From Nitrosopumilales archaeon (GTDB lineage Archaea; Thermoproteota; Nitrososphaeria; Nitrososphaerales; Nitrososphaeraceae): a DNA stretch of 64,000 bases. Positions 18,791-28,621 of this stretch are shown here, piece by piece (position 1 is the stretch's first letter; the number at the start of each line of letters is the position of its first letter). The notes under the pieces are model-generated. The model searched no databases. It was not told where the DNA came from and was given only the letters and a program-made list of their open reading frames with translations. Location: contig JBIQJB010000003.1 of NCBI GenBank assembly GCA_044507735.1, forward strand, positions 57,258 to 121,257. The letters run 5' to 3'. The position numbers were made by a program, and so were the translations under genes.

Positions 18791-18878
18791 TGGTGCGGGA
18801 GGAGGGATTTGAACCCTCGAACCCCTAAGGGATAAGAGCCTCAGTCTTACGCCTTTGGCCAAGCTGGGCGACTCCCGC
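18791..18878 (-). tRNA. tRNA-Leu (anticodon GAG), CCA encoded
   Basis: GCGGGAG acceptor stem, TAAGA-CTGAGGC-TCTTA anticodon arm, long variable arm, GGTTCAAATCC T-arm, 3' ACCA. Confidence 0.97.
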
Positions 18879-18976
18879 TCCTGTTCGCTAGTTAACACGC
18901 TTTCCTCCCGCTAATTTGAATATTGCGTGGAAATGGTTTTTATAATGCCTGAGGACACTGACATCAGCAGAAGAAG

Positions 18977-19213
18977 ATGCTAATCCCGGTTCGTTGTTTC
19001 ACCTGTGGCAAGCCTATTGCGGACAAGTATGGCGAGTATTCAAGCCGCGTAAAGGCAGGAGAGGATCCAGCAAAGGTCATGGACTCACTAAACATCAAGC
19101 GCTACTGCTGCAGGAGAATGTACATCTCTAGCGTTGAGACCATCTACCAGATTATCCCATATTACGAGGCACTCAGAAGGCGCATGTCCGAGATCCAGTC
19201 TGAAATAGAATAA
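18977..19213 (+). CDS. rpoN: DNA-directed RNA polymerase subunit N (Rpo10)
   Basis: [11 protein letters not shown]...RYCCRRM. Confidence 0.97.
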   Translation: MLIPVRCFTCGKPIADKYGEYSSRVKAGEDPAKVMDSLNIKRYCCRRMYISSVETIYQIIPYYEALRRRMSEIQSEIE

Positions 19214-19259
19214 TTTTAAACAAATAATAAATAACGTCAGAATCTGGTCACACTTGTAT

Positions 19260-20507
19260 ATGCCTTCTATAACTGCAGTTAGAGGTAGAATAGTTTTCAA
19301 CAGCAGAGGAAGCAAGACTATTGAAATTGACGTTGCAACTGATAACAAGTTCATAGGACGAGCGTGTGCGCCATCAGGGGCGTCTGTTGGCAAGTTCGAA
19401 GCTCAGAGCTTTCCAGATAACAAGCCAGAGAAAGCACTGGCGGCGTTCAATGCAAATTCCAAAAAGTTTGTCGGTTTGGAGGCGGAAAACATGAAAGCGA
19501 TATTCGACGCCCTTCGATCGGTTGACAATACTGATAACTATTCCGTTATCGGAGGATCGGTTGCGTACGCGCTTTCGATCGCAGCAGTTGATTCGGCCGC
19601 CAAGGCACTCGATGTCCCGCTCTTTAAGCTGCTAAAACCATCCAAGCCCTACAGGTTCCCCTTCCCGCTTGGAAACATTCTTGGCGGAGGAGCTCATGCA
19701 GGTCCTGGAACTCCGGACATCCAAGAGATTCTGGCCTGCCCAATTGGCGCAAAGAACATGATCGAGGCGCTGGAGATGAACTTTAAGCTGCATGCAGAGA
19801 CCCGCAAGGTGATAGAATCCATTGACAAGCGGTTCACATATGGCAGGGGCGATGAGGGTGCGTGGGCGCCAAACGTGAACAACGACCAAGCCCTCGAAAT
19901 CGTGGAAAAGGCAGCAAAGAACTGCGGATACACTCTCGGCAGTGACATGGCCATTGGAATTGACTTTGCAAGCTCGTCATTCTGGGACGAAGAAGAGCAG
20001 GTTTACAACTATGCAAGGCAAGGACTAAAGCGCGACACTGGCGAGCAGATCGAGTTTGCAAGTAGGTTGATGCGCGACTACAAGCTCGTATATGCAGAAG
20101 ACCCTGTGCACGAAGGCGATTTTGAAAGCATGGCGGTGCTCACCAAGAAGAACCAAAAAACGCTGGTGACAGGCGACGACATGCTAGTCACCAATGCCAC
20201 CAAGGTGAGAGAGGCTGTAAAGTACGGCGCATGCAGTGGAGCGATACTGAAGGTCAACCAGGCAGGGAGCCTGTATGACGCGATGAAATTTGCCGAAGAA
20301 TGCACCAAGAATAACATCAAGATAATCACTTCCCACAGGTCAGGCGAATCAGTCGACTCGCACATTTCACACATCGCAATTGCTACGGGCTCCAAGATGA
20401 TCAAGACAGGAGTCCTGGGTGGCGAGAGGGTTGCCAAGCTAAACGAGCTTGTGCGCTTGACAGAGTATGATTTAATAGAAGGTATGGCGGAACTGACCTC
20501 TGCATAA
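19260..20507 (+). CDS. eno: Enolase
   Basis: NSRG, PSGAS, GDEG, EDP, GDD, LKVNQ and SHRSGE motifs. Confidence 0.95.
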   Translation: MPSITAVRGRIVFNSRGSKTIEIDVATDNKFIGRACAPSGASVGKFEAQSFPDNKPEKALAAFNANSKKFVGLEAENMKAIFDALRSVDNTDNYSVIGGSVAYALSIAAVDSAAKALDVPLFKLLKPSKPYRFPFPLGNILGGGAHAGPGTPDIQEILACPIGAKNMIEALEMNFKLHAETRKVIESIDKRFTYGRGDEGAWAPNVNNDQALEIVEKAAKNCGYTLGSDMAIGIDFASSSFWDEEEQVYNYARQGLKRDTGEQIEFASRLMRDYKLVYAEDPVHEGDFESMAVLTKKNQKTLVTGDDMLVTNATKVREAVKYGACSGAILKVNQAGSLYDAMKFAEECTKNNIKIITSHRSGESVDSHISHIAIATGSKMIKTGVLGGERVAKLNELVRLTEYDLIEGMAELTSA

Positions 20508-21226
20508 TGAGCAATCCTGAAGATGCCACTGACGTTGAGACTACAGGCGCTGAAGCCGTAAAAGAAGAAGAGTCTTCTGCGCCTATTGAAACTCAGGAAG
20601 GTCAGGAGGCAATTGATACTGATAATCTAGAAAAGATGATACTTTCCACAGGCATACGCGTAGGCACGCCGGTCAAGACCAAGTTCATGGCCCCGTTCAT
20701 AGTCAAGGCCAACCCCGAGGGACTCTATATCCTTGACATCAGCAAGACTCTTGCTAGAATTGACGTGGCTGCCAAATTCATAGGCAGGGCAAACATCTCA
20801 AAGGTGGCCGTCACTTCTGCCCGCGAATATGGCAAGACTCCGGTGCAAAAGTTCTGCGAGCTAACTGGCGCGACCCAGATTCTCGGCCGATTCATGCCAG
20901 GGACATTTACTAACCCATCCCTTCCAAACTACATGGAGCCGGAGATAGTAGTCGTAACCGATCCACAGGCAGACCAGCAGGCGGTCCTCGAAGCCACAAG
21001 GGCAGGCGTGCCGGTGATCTCGATTGCCAACAGCGACAATGTCACTTCAAAGGTCGATTTGGTGATACCCGCAAACAACAGGGGACGCAAGGCTCTAGCC
21101 ACCGTATATTGGCTCCTAGCAAGAGAAGTCCTCAAGAAACAAGGAGCCATCAAGTCCGACAGCGAAATGCTGGAGAAGGCTTCGATCGACGACTTTGAGA
21201 CAAAGCTAGTCGAACAAATCACATAG
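20507..21226 (+). CDS. rps2: 30S ribosomal protein S2
   Basis: GRFMPGTFTNP and IPANNRGRKAL motifs. Confidence 0.96.
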   Translation: MSNPEDATDVETTGAEAVKEEESSAPIETQEGQEAIDTDNLEKMILSTGIRVGTPVKTKFMAPFIVKANPEGLYILDISKTLARIDVAAKFIGRANISKVAVTSAREYGKTPVQKFCELTGATQILGRFMPGTFTNPSLPNYMEPEIVVVTDPQADQQAVLEATRAGVPVISIANSDNVTSKVDLVIPANNRGRKALATVYWLLAREVLKKQGAIKSDSEMLEKASIDDFETKLVEQIT

Positions 21227-21647
21227 GCCAGAGAATTTTTTGCCATATCGAAGCTGGCCTGTTCCCGGCCCCACAGGGTCTGGGTTCGAGGGTCGCGATT
21301 GTCCACATGGCGTTGAATCTCACTACATGGATCTGTGTCGACATTGCGCCCATCTCTTTCTATATGCAATCGACCTATGCTAGCTCTGTTACAAAGGGTG
21401 ATGCAACACAATACTAGTTACCCAAAACCGAGAGAATCATTTGCATCGACATGATAAGAGGTTAGAAGGATATTGTTCCCCACCGGAGTTGCTGTTCCGA
21501 TGCGCAGCGCATGCCAGACCATAACATACCCGACAACCTCTGCACGCTGGAGGAATCTGGATGTTTTAGTAAGATAATATTTGCTACTAGATAGCACCAG
21601 ATCCCCTAAATACACATCTTCCGGAATGACAGGAGAATTGATGGGGC

Positions 21648-21824
21648 TTGGATACCGGAAAGCAGGTTATCTGTCAATTATGTCATGAACTCGTAGATGC
21701 AAAGCAGATCAGAGATCATCTAAGAGAGGTCCACAGAATAGCTGAAAAGGTCATGCTCGACAAGAAGCCTCTGACCCACTGGGCGAAACCCGACGACAGC
21801 AGAGATGGCTCCAACAGCATCTGA
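21648..21824 (+). CDS. Small C2H2-type zinc-finger protein (58 aa; not in ORF track)
   Basis: Manual translation MDTGKQVICQLCHELVDAKQIRDHLREVHRI...; C-x2-C-x11-H-x4-H. Confidence 0.55.
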   Translation: MDTGKQVICQLCHELVDAKQIRDHLREVHRIAEKVMLDKKPLTHWAKPDDSRDGSNSI

Positions 21825-21984
21825 GTGCCAAGGGCCCAGAAATCGTTGCAGAATGCTCCCACACATCAGCATCGGACAACGAAAAGATCAGATGAGTGGC
21901 ATTTCCTTTTTCATCCGACTTGATATAGAATCAGAAATCACAATTATATTACTTGTTTCTACATAGATTCGAGGAAGCATCATC

Positions 21985-22833
21985 TTGGTAAAAAGGGCGC
22001 CAGCTGTCGCGGGAATGTTTTACCCGGAGAACCCCAGAGAGCTTAGGCTGCTTATCGACGAGTCTTTTCGCGACTCGCGCTTTGGCCCTGGAAAGGCACC
22101 TCCTTCGATCACCAAGCGCAAGATCTACGGCATTGTCTCTCCGCATGCGGGATATGTCTACTCCGGCGCTGTCGCCGCAAACGGCTTTTATGAAGCTTCA
22201 TCGGTGGATTTTAAAGATGTGGTGATGGTAGGGCCGAACCACTATGGAATAGGCTCTTGGGTCGCTGCAATGAAAGACGGAGAATGGGAAACTCCACTGG
22301 GCAAAGTTCCTATCAATTCAGAGCTTGCAAATGAAATTGCGTCAAGGTCGTCAATCCTTGACTTTGATGACTTTGCGCACAGCCGCGACCATTCACTTGA
22401 GGTGCAGCTGCCTTTTTTGCAATCTATCAAGCAGGACTTTAGTATTGTGCCAATAGTACTTGTGTCCCAGAGGAGTGATACTGCCTATGAACTCGGAAAT
22501 GCCATATCAGAGACAATAGTGGAGAAGGGCAGAATTGACAACACCTTGCTCATTGCATCGTCTGATTTTACACATTATGAACCAAACAGCGAGGCGCACA
22601 GGAAGGATGGCGAGCTAATAAAGGCGATTCTCGCGCTTGATGTTAACAAGTTTTATGCAGTCCTTGAGAGGCTTGACGTCTCTGCTTGCGGCTATGGAGC
22701 CATAGCGACCATCATGGTGGCAGCCAGGAACCTCGGTGCGACTAGAGGTGAGCTGCTGAAATATGCAACAAGTGGAGACGTGACTGGGGACACAGATGCC
22801 GTAGTAGGATACTCTTCGATAGTGTTTGTATGA
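21985..22833 (+). CDS. MEMO1 family protein (AmmeMemoRadiSam protein B)
   Basis: PAVAGMFYP, PHAGY.YSG, HSLEVQLPF, SSDFTHY and CGYG motifs. Confidence 0.93.
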   Translation: MVKRAPAVAGMFYPENPRELRLLIDESFRDSRFGPGKAPPSITKRKIYGIVSPHAGYVYSGAVAANGFYEASSVDFKDVVMVGPNHYGIGSWVAAMKDGEWETPLGKVPINSELANEIASRSSILDFDDFAHSRDHSLEVQLPFLQSIKQDFSIVPIVLVSQRSDTAYELGNAISETIVEKGRIDNTLLIASSDFTHYEPNSEAHRKDGELIKAILALDVNKFYAVLERLDVSACGYGAIATIMVAARNLGATRGELLKYATSGDVTGDTDAVVGYSSIVFV

Positions 22834-23801
22834 TAGAAAAGGGCAAGGCGTCTGCACCAGCCAAGGTAATATTGTTTGGGGAGCACTTTGTCGTGTACGG
22901 CAACCCGGCGATACTTGCATCGATAAACAGACGGATCACGGTCAGTGCAAAAAAGACATCATCCGTGGGAAAAATAACAATAAGATCAGATATTGGAATC
23001 GCTGGAGAATACAGTGACACCGGTTTTAAGATGACAAATGGTGGCATCAAAGCAAAGGAAGCGCTGGATCCTTTGCACAACGCGATCAGGAACGCACTCT
23101 CATCGAGGAAAACAGGCATCGATGTTGATATTTCATCGACTGTTCCCCATGGCATCGGTTTGGGCTCTTCTGCGGCAGCATGCGTGGCGACAGTTGCGGC
23201 AGTGAATTCGCTGTTCCACAAAGGCTCAAGCAGGCAAGAGATTTGCAATATCGCCATAGAGTCTGAGCGAATGATACACGTAAACTCCTCCGGGGCTGAC
23301 TGCTACGTCAGCACCTTTGGGGGGTTGATACAATATAGCAAAGCAAATGGCTTTGCAAAGATTCGGTCAAGAGGAACGCTGCCACTTGTAGTCTCTAGTA
23401 CAATGGTCAGGCATTCTACAGGAGATCTCGTGGCAAGGGTCAAGAGATTCAAGGAGAGGAACGAGTCGCTCTTTGCAGCCCTTGCAGAGCAGGCCGCAGA
23501 CATTTGCAATCAAGCCAGGGCGGCCATAACTTCAGGGGACAGAGCCAAGATAGGCGAGCTCATGAACGAGAACCAGGTGATTCTAAAGCAGATAGGGGTT
23601 TCCCATCACAAGGCTGATGACTTGATAGATATCTGCATGAGGGCAGGCGCGCTCGGTGCCAAGATCACGGGCGCCGGAGGAGGCGGGGCGGTGATAGCGC
23701 TTGCGGCAGACAGGCAAGACGGTGAAAAGATGTCAGCCCGCGCAAGGGCTGCAGGCTATGAATCATTTGAAGTAGAGATAGACAGAAAGGGCCTCTGCTG
23801 A
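22830..23801 (+). CDS. mvk: Mevalonate kinase
   Basis: PAKVILFGEH, GLGSSAA, SGAD and KITGAGGGG motifs. Confidence 0.93.
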   Translation: MIEKGKASAPAKVILFGEHFVVYGNPAILASINRRITVSAKKTSSVGKITIRSDIGIAGEYSDTGFKMTNGGIKAKEALDPLHNAIRNALSSRKTGIDVDISSTVPHGIGLGSSAAACVATVAAVNSLFHKGSSRQEICNIAIESERMIHVNSSGADCYVSTFGGLIQYSKANGFAKIRSRGTLPLVVSSTMVRHSTGDLVARVKRFKERNESLFAALAEQAADICNQARAAITSGDRAKIGELMNENQVILKQIGVSHHKADDLIDICMRAGALGAKITGAGGGGAVIALAADRQDGEKMSARARAAGYESFEVEIDRKGLC

Positions 23802-23805
23802 CTGC

Positions 23806-24972
23806 CTAGAGGCCGGCCTCCTGCAGGGCCTGTTTCGCCTTTGACTCACCTTCCATGATCAGGTTCTTTATTCCCTCCCGGGAAAAGTCAGTGTTCTCGT
23901 AGAGGTAGGGGAACCGCTCTTCTCTTGTAATGTAGGCGATTTTCTTGATCGCAGAACCACGATCCTTCAGCATCTTTTTGTACTTGCTCTGGATCTTGTC
24001 CCACTTTTGCTTATCCAACTTTGCAGGATCAACATTCCTTTCCACGATCTCGTACAGCTCTTCTATGAACATCAGGTAGCGCGTTATCGTCTTTGACATC
24101 TTGACGTTGTGAGCCGTCTTGTCGCTGAACATTATGTCTCGCGCCCTGTGACCCACTTCTAACAGGTTCTGGGGCAGCCTTTGGATCCTCTTCGGATAGT
24201 TCTCGACGATAAAGACGCGCTTGTCTGTGACAGGCGATGCGTCAATAACTTCTCTCAGCGGGGTGTTACTCAGGAGGCTCCCATCCCACACGTAGAGTCC
24301 CTTCTCCACCTCAACCCACGGAAACCCATACAGCGGATAGCCGGCCGTGCCTAACAGGTGCTTTACCGTTATCGGCTGGCGCATGCTGTCAAAAGTTAGA
24401 GGTTCGGCTGTAAGCACATTGACTGCGGTTATTATCAGGCGTGCGTTTGGGTTTTTTCCTCCCGGCCTCAGCTTGTCATAATCAATGTATTTTTCAAGCG
24501 TTGACGCAAGAGGGGAATGATCATAAATGTAGGTCCACAGGTCAGGCCGGAAATACTGCGAATCTTTTGCCAGATACTCGGGCATCCAGCGCGGGAGAAA
24601 CATCTTGTTATTTCCAAATGCCGCAGAGCTGTAAAACGTCAGGGCATGCTTGAGCGACATGTTTGCCTTTTCGAAATAGGGGCCATGATAGCCTCGTTGG
24701 CCATTGTTGCCAAGCGAAGAGCTCCAAAGGGACTCCAGGTCCACAGAATTTTCCGCAAGATCCATCCAGAATTCCTCCAGCGCGGCTTCTGGGCGCCCGT
24801 CCTTGTTGCCAGCGATTATGGCTGCGTTAACTCCGCCAATCGAGGTTCCGCCTACTATGTCTATATTGACGTTTCTTTCCGCAAACGCCTTGAATACCCC
24901 GCAGCCAAAGGCCCCAAGTGAGCCTCCTCCTTGCAGCACAAGCACGTTCTCTAACCCGTGATCGTGAACCAT
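23806..24972 (-). CDS. Patatin-like phospholipase
   Basis: LQGGGSLG, GTSIG and DGS motifs. Confidence 0.9.
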   Translation of the reverse strand: MVHDHGLENVLVLQGGGSLGAFGCGVFKAFAERNVNIDIVGGTSIGGVNAAIIAGNKDGRPEAALEEFWMDLAENSVDLESLWSSSLGNNGQRGYHGPYFEKANMSLKHALTFYSSAAFGNNKMFLPRWMPEYLAKDSQYFRPDLWTYIYDHSPLASTLEKYIDYDKLRPGGKNPNARLIITAVNVLTAEPLTFDSMRQPITVKHLLGTAGYPLYGFPWVEVEKGLYVWDGSLLSNTPLREVIDASPVTDKRVFIVENYPKRIQRLPQNLLEVGHRARDIMFSDKTAHNVKMSKTITRYLMFIEELYEIVERNVDPAKLDKQKWDKIQSKYKKMLKDRGSAIKKIAYITREERFPYLYENTDFSREGIKNLIMEGESKAKQALQEAGL

Positions 24973-24999
24973 GGCAGTGATGATGGTCGCTTTTTGTAA

Positions 25000-26013
25000 T
25001 TATGCGTTTTTGAGAGGAGCAGTGAGGTGTACTGGCTTGACCAGATCCGCGACATCCACCCAGCAGCGCGCTATCTTGTCTATTGAGTAAGTCAGGTTAA
25101 GCACCGCGATCGCGGATTCTGGATTGTTCGCAGACTCGGTGCTGCTCTTTACTGAATTTATGATCTCGTTGAATTTTTCATAGGTCTTGACGACCACATT
25201 AGAGTCTGCGCGATTCTTGTTGACAAATGCTGCGACGGACTTTTCCTGCATCTTCTCAACAAGCGCGCCTGCCTCCAGTATTTTTTCGTCCGCGAACCCT
25301 ATTCGCGATATATCGCGCGTGCTGCTGTCTGCAAGGTCGACAATATAGTCGCCGGCGCTTTCTAGAAGGTTTGCAGCAATTCTGTAGTCCAGGATGTCGA
25401 TATTGCTTAGGTTGAGCTTGCCTGCCAGCCGCTGGTCCATCATGGCGCTGCGAATGAGCCTGACCAGCAAGAAATATTGTCTGTCAACCTCGTCATCTCT
25501 TCCACTTATCACTTTGCGCATGCTGTTCTCCTTGGTCCTTATTGCTTCAAGCAAGTCGCGGTACATGCCGGCAACTATTGCGCTCATGCGGCGTAGTATC
25601 TTTTCGGCGTCGAGGGTGTTTGCATCAAGCAGAAACTGCGCAGAAATGTGAAAGCCGTCTTCGTCCACTATCTCCAGACCGACGAGCTTGCGTATCGCCC
25701 TCTTTATCCTGTCGGCGTCTTCAAAGGATATGGGAGATAATGCCTTGATCCTGATGACATCGTACCCAAGCAGGTATGCGCCATACACCTGGTTTACGAG
25801 TGTGTCCATCGATGTGGACGAATATGGGATAGTGACTTCCTTCGATTCCTCAGCCATGTCTTCTGATGGGAATATCGAGATCGAGTTGTCACGGTTGATG
25901 TCGACGGGGACGATGCTGCCCTTCTTGAGGTTGTTGTTCTTTACCCATTGGCTTGGAAGCGAGATCAGGATGCTGCTGCCTATCTTTTGCAGACGTCGGG
26001 CGTACCTTGTCAC
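25000..26013 (-). CDS. AbrB-PhoU phosphate uptake regulator family protein
   Basis: RRLQKIGSS..ISLPSQW AbrB domain; DDEVDR PhoU motif. Confidence 0.88.
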   Translation of the reverse strand: MTRYARRLQKIGSSILISLPSQWVKNNNLKKGSIVPVDINRDNSISIFPSEDMAEESKEVTIPYSSTSMDTLVNQVYGAYLLGYDVIRIKALSPISFEDADRIKRAIRKLVGLEIVDEDGFHISAQFLLDANTLDAEKILRRMSAIVAGMYRDLLEAIRTKENSMRKVISGRDDEVDRQYFLLVRLIRSAMMDQRLAGKLNLSNIDILDYRIAANLLESAGDYIVDLADSSTRDISRIGFADEKILEAGALVEKMQEKSVAAFVNKNRADSNVVVKTYEKFNEIINSVKSSTESANNPESAIAVLNLTYSIDKIARCWVDVADLVKPVHLTAPLKNA

Positions 26014-26078
26014 ACAGTATAAACCAATTTAAACTAATTAAACATTATTTTTATATTTTTTGTATCTTATAAACAAGC

Positions 26079-27002
26079 ATGGCATCTGCGCTGGTCGCAG
26101 CACCTGTAGCTGTAGCGAAGGCATTCAGCCCGGGCCACATTACAGGCTTTTTCGAGATACCACATGAGAAATACTCCCATCATCTCCATAGAGGGTCAAA
26201 GGGCGCGGGTTTTTCTCTGGACAGAGGCATTGCCACGACAGTGCAGGTCTACGAGAGCAGAAATCCCGGCTACCAGATCGCGATAAACGGATCGAAAACC
26301 CGCGGCGCTGAGGTGTCAAAATGGGTGGTTGAAGAATACCTCAAACATGCCGATAGACCATATTATGTTGATATTGAGCACGACATCGGGATTCCGGTCG
26401 GCTTTGGTCTTGGATCAAGCGGAGCAGCAGCGCTCAGCCTGTCGTATGCGCTGAACGAGGCGCTTGACACTGGCCTCAGCAGGAGGCAGGCCGCGCAAAT
26501 AGCACACCGCGCCGAGATAGAGTGCAAGACTGGCCTTGGCACCGTGCTTGCCGAATTTGCTGGGGGATTTGAGATGCGCACTACCGCCGGAGCGCCAGGT
26601 ATTGGCTCTGTCACAAAAATCGACTTGGACAACAGATACAAAGCGGTGGTGCTCTGCCTTGCACCCATTTCAACAAAGTCATTTCTCACAAACAGGATGA
26701 ATGAGATTAATGGCCTTGGTGGCATGATGCTGAGAAGGTTATCAGAATCAAGAAGTGTGGACGACTTCCTTATGATGTCCTGCGAGTTCGCGGTGAAGCT
26801 TGGTCTGACGGAAGGAAAATGCAGTGAGCCGCTGGCGGCACTCAGGGCAATAGGGATCAGGGCAAGCGTTGCGCTCTTTGGTCAGACCGTTTTCACGCTG
26901 GTGCCAGAGGAAAGAGCGGAGGAAGTGGTGAACGCCCTTGAGAGGTTCGGAGGCACGCTTCTTGTCTGCAGCATCGACAACAGCGGGGCTAGAGTGCTCT
27001 AG
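26079..27002 (+). CDS. Pantoate kinase (GHMP family)
   Basis: FSPGHITGFF, GSKGAG, GLGSSGA and TGLG motifs; in CoA operon. Confidence 0.9.
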   Translation: MASALVAAPVAVAKAFSPGHITGFFEIPHEKYSHHLHRGSKGAGFSLDRGIATTVQVYESRNPGYQIAINGSKTRGAEVSKWVVEEYLKHADRPYYVDIEHDIGIPVGFGLGSSGAAALSLSYALNEALDTGLSRRQAAQIAHRAEIECKTGLGTVLAEFAGGFEMRTTAGAPGIGSVTKIDLDNRYKAVVLCLAPISTKSFLTNRMNEINGLGGMMLRRLSESRSVDDFLMMSCEFAVKLGLTEGKCSEPLAALRAIGIRASVALFGQTVFTLVPEERAEEVVNALERFGGTLLVCSIDNSGARVL

Positions 27003-27005
27003 GAA

Positions 27006-27761
27006 TTGCATACGCGCATCCAAATACCCACTAATCACCCACGTGCAAAATCCCTGCATACGCGCGAGGCGCTGGTCGATGGATACCGGCGCGGACTTGT
27101 GGCGGCAGAGGGACTCATAGCACACGGCAGAGGAGAAGCCTATGACTACCTTCTTGGCGAACGTACAACTAGGACTGCCCAACGGGCCATCAAGGCAGCA
27201 GCCGCAATGCTATTACTCTCAAAAAAACCGGTGATTTCAGTCAATGGCAACACAGCTGCGCTCTGCCCAAGAGAAATTGTGGAGCTGGCCAACCATACAG
27301 GCGCGGCTATCGAAGTCAATCTCTTTTACAGGACAGAAGAGAGAGAACAGGCAATCAAGGCCGAACTTGAAAGGCACGGCGGTCGAAATATACTTGGCGT
27401 TGGTCCGAGGGCATCTGCAAGAATTCCGGAACTTCAGAGCGAGCGCAGGCGCGTCGACCCGGAGGGGATTTATGTTGCTGATACGGTGTTTGTGCCGCTT
27501 GAAGATGGCGACAGGACAGAAGCGCTTGCAAGGATGGGCAAGAAGGTAATAACGGTTGACCTAAACCCGCTTTCCAGAACTGCCAGGACGGCACACATAA
27601 CCATAGTCGACAACATCACAAGGGCGATGCCAGCCCTGATAGAAACAGCCAGAGAGATAAAGGCGAGCAGGTCGCTGAAAAAGATCGTCGAAAGCTTTGA
27701 CAACAAGAAGAACCTTCTCGAGTCCACCAGGATAATCAGAAGAGCGGGAGGTGCGGGATGA
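27006..27761 (+). CDS. 4-phosphopantoate--beta-alanine ligase (phosphopantothenate synthetase)
   Basis: [23 protein letters not shown] and DLNPLSRT motifs. Confidence 0.93.
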   Translation: MHTRIQIPTNHPRAKSLHTREALVDGYRRGLVAAEGLIAHGRGEAYDYLLGERTTRTAQRAIKAAAAMLLLSKKPVISVNGNTAALCPREIVELANHTGAAIEVNLFYRTEEREQAIKAELERHGGRNILGVGPRASARIPELQSERRRVDPEGIYVADTVFVPLEDGDRTEALARMGKKVITVDLNPLSRTARTAHITIVDNITRAMPALIETAREIKASRSLKKIVESFDNKKNLLESTRIIRRAGGAG

Positions 27762-28621
27762 CAATGGCGCAGACGAAAAAGAAGGTAAGCGTGAACGACA
27801 TCATGGCGATGAAGGGATCAGAAAGAATTTCAGTCCTTACTGCATACGACTATTCCACTTCTCTTATCTGCGATAAGGCAGGAGTTGATGTCCTGCTCGT
27901 TGGCGACAGCGCAGGCAATGTGATGCTTGGGTATGCCAGCACCGTACCAGTCAACATGCAGGAAATGGCGACATTTTGCGGCGCAGTGGCAAGGGGCGTC
28001 AAGCGAGCGATGATAGTAGGCGACATGCCCTTTGGATCCTACCAACCAAGCCCAACTGTGGCAGTCAAAAACGCGGTGCAGCTAGTAAAGGCTGGATGCG
28101 ACGCAGTCAAGCTGGAGGGCGGCTCTGAGATCATTGGCACGATAAAGGCGATAGCGGATGCAGGAATCCCGGTGATGGGCCACATCGGACTGAAGCCACA
28201 GACATCGTCGCTCTGGGAGGGCTACAAGTTGCAAGGAAGGACGAAAGAGGCCGCGACAAGACTGATCGAAGACGCAAAGGCGCTCGAAAGGGCTGGTGTT
28301 TTCAGCATCGTGCTTGAAATGGTCGCAAGCGAAGTAGCAGAGGAGATAACAAAAAGTGTGTCTGTCCCAACGATAGGCATAGGTTCCGGTGCAGGATGCG
28401 ATGGACAGGTCCTGGTTCTCCATGACATGCTTGGCATCTACGAAGACATCAAACCGAGGTTTGTAAAGAGGTACGCCGAGATTGGCAAGTCCATATTTGA
28501 TGCCGTATCGGATTATACAAGAGAAGTCAAGCAGGGGACGTTCCCGGAGGAATCAAACACATTTCACATGGGACCGGAAGAATTGGAGAAATTCAGAAAG
28601 GCAGTGAAAGGGAAATCATGA
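27758..28621 (+). CDS. panB: 3-methyl-2-oxobutanoate hydroxymethyltransferase
   Basis: LTAYD, LVGDS, KLEGG and [12 protein letters not shown] motifs. Confidence 0.96.
   Translation: MTMAQTKKKVSVNDIMAMKGSERISVLTAYDYSTSLICDKAGVDVLLVGDSAGNVMLGYASTVPVNMQEMATFCGAVARGVKRAMIVGDMPFGSYQPSPTVAVKNAVQLVKAGCDAVKLEGGSEIIGTIKAIADAGIPVMGHIGLKPQTSSLWEGYKLQGRTKEAATRLIEDAKALERAGVFSIVLEMVASEVAEEITKSVSVPTIGIGSGAGCDGQVLVLHDMLGIYEDIKPRFVKRYAEIGKSIFDAVSDYTREVKQGTFPEESNTFHMGPEELEKFRKAVKGKS

Larger units (their letters stand above)
12118..18800. mobile_element. Putative integrated element or remnant at the tRNA-Leu 3' end
   Basis: GGTGCGGGA at 12118-12126 repeats the tRNA 3' end (18792-18800); AT-richer intergenic DNA; IS, pseudogenes and orphan genes; no integrase found. 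Confidence 0.55.
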
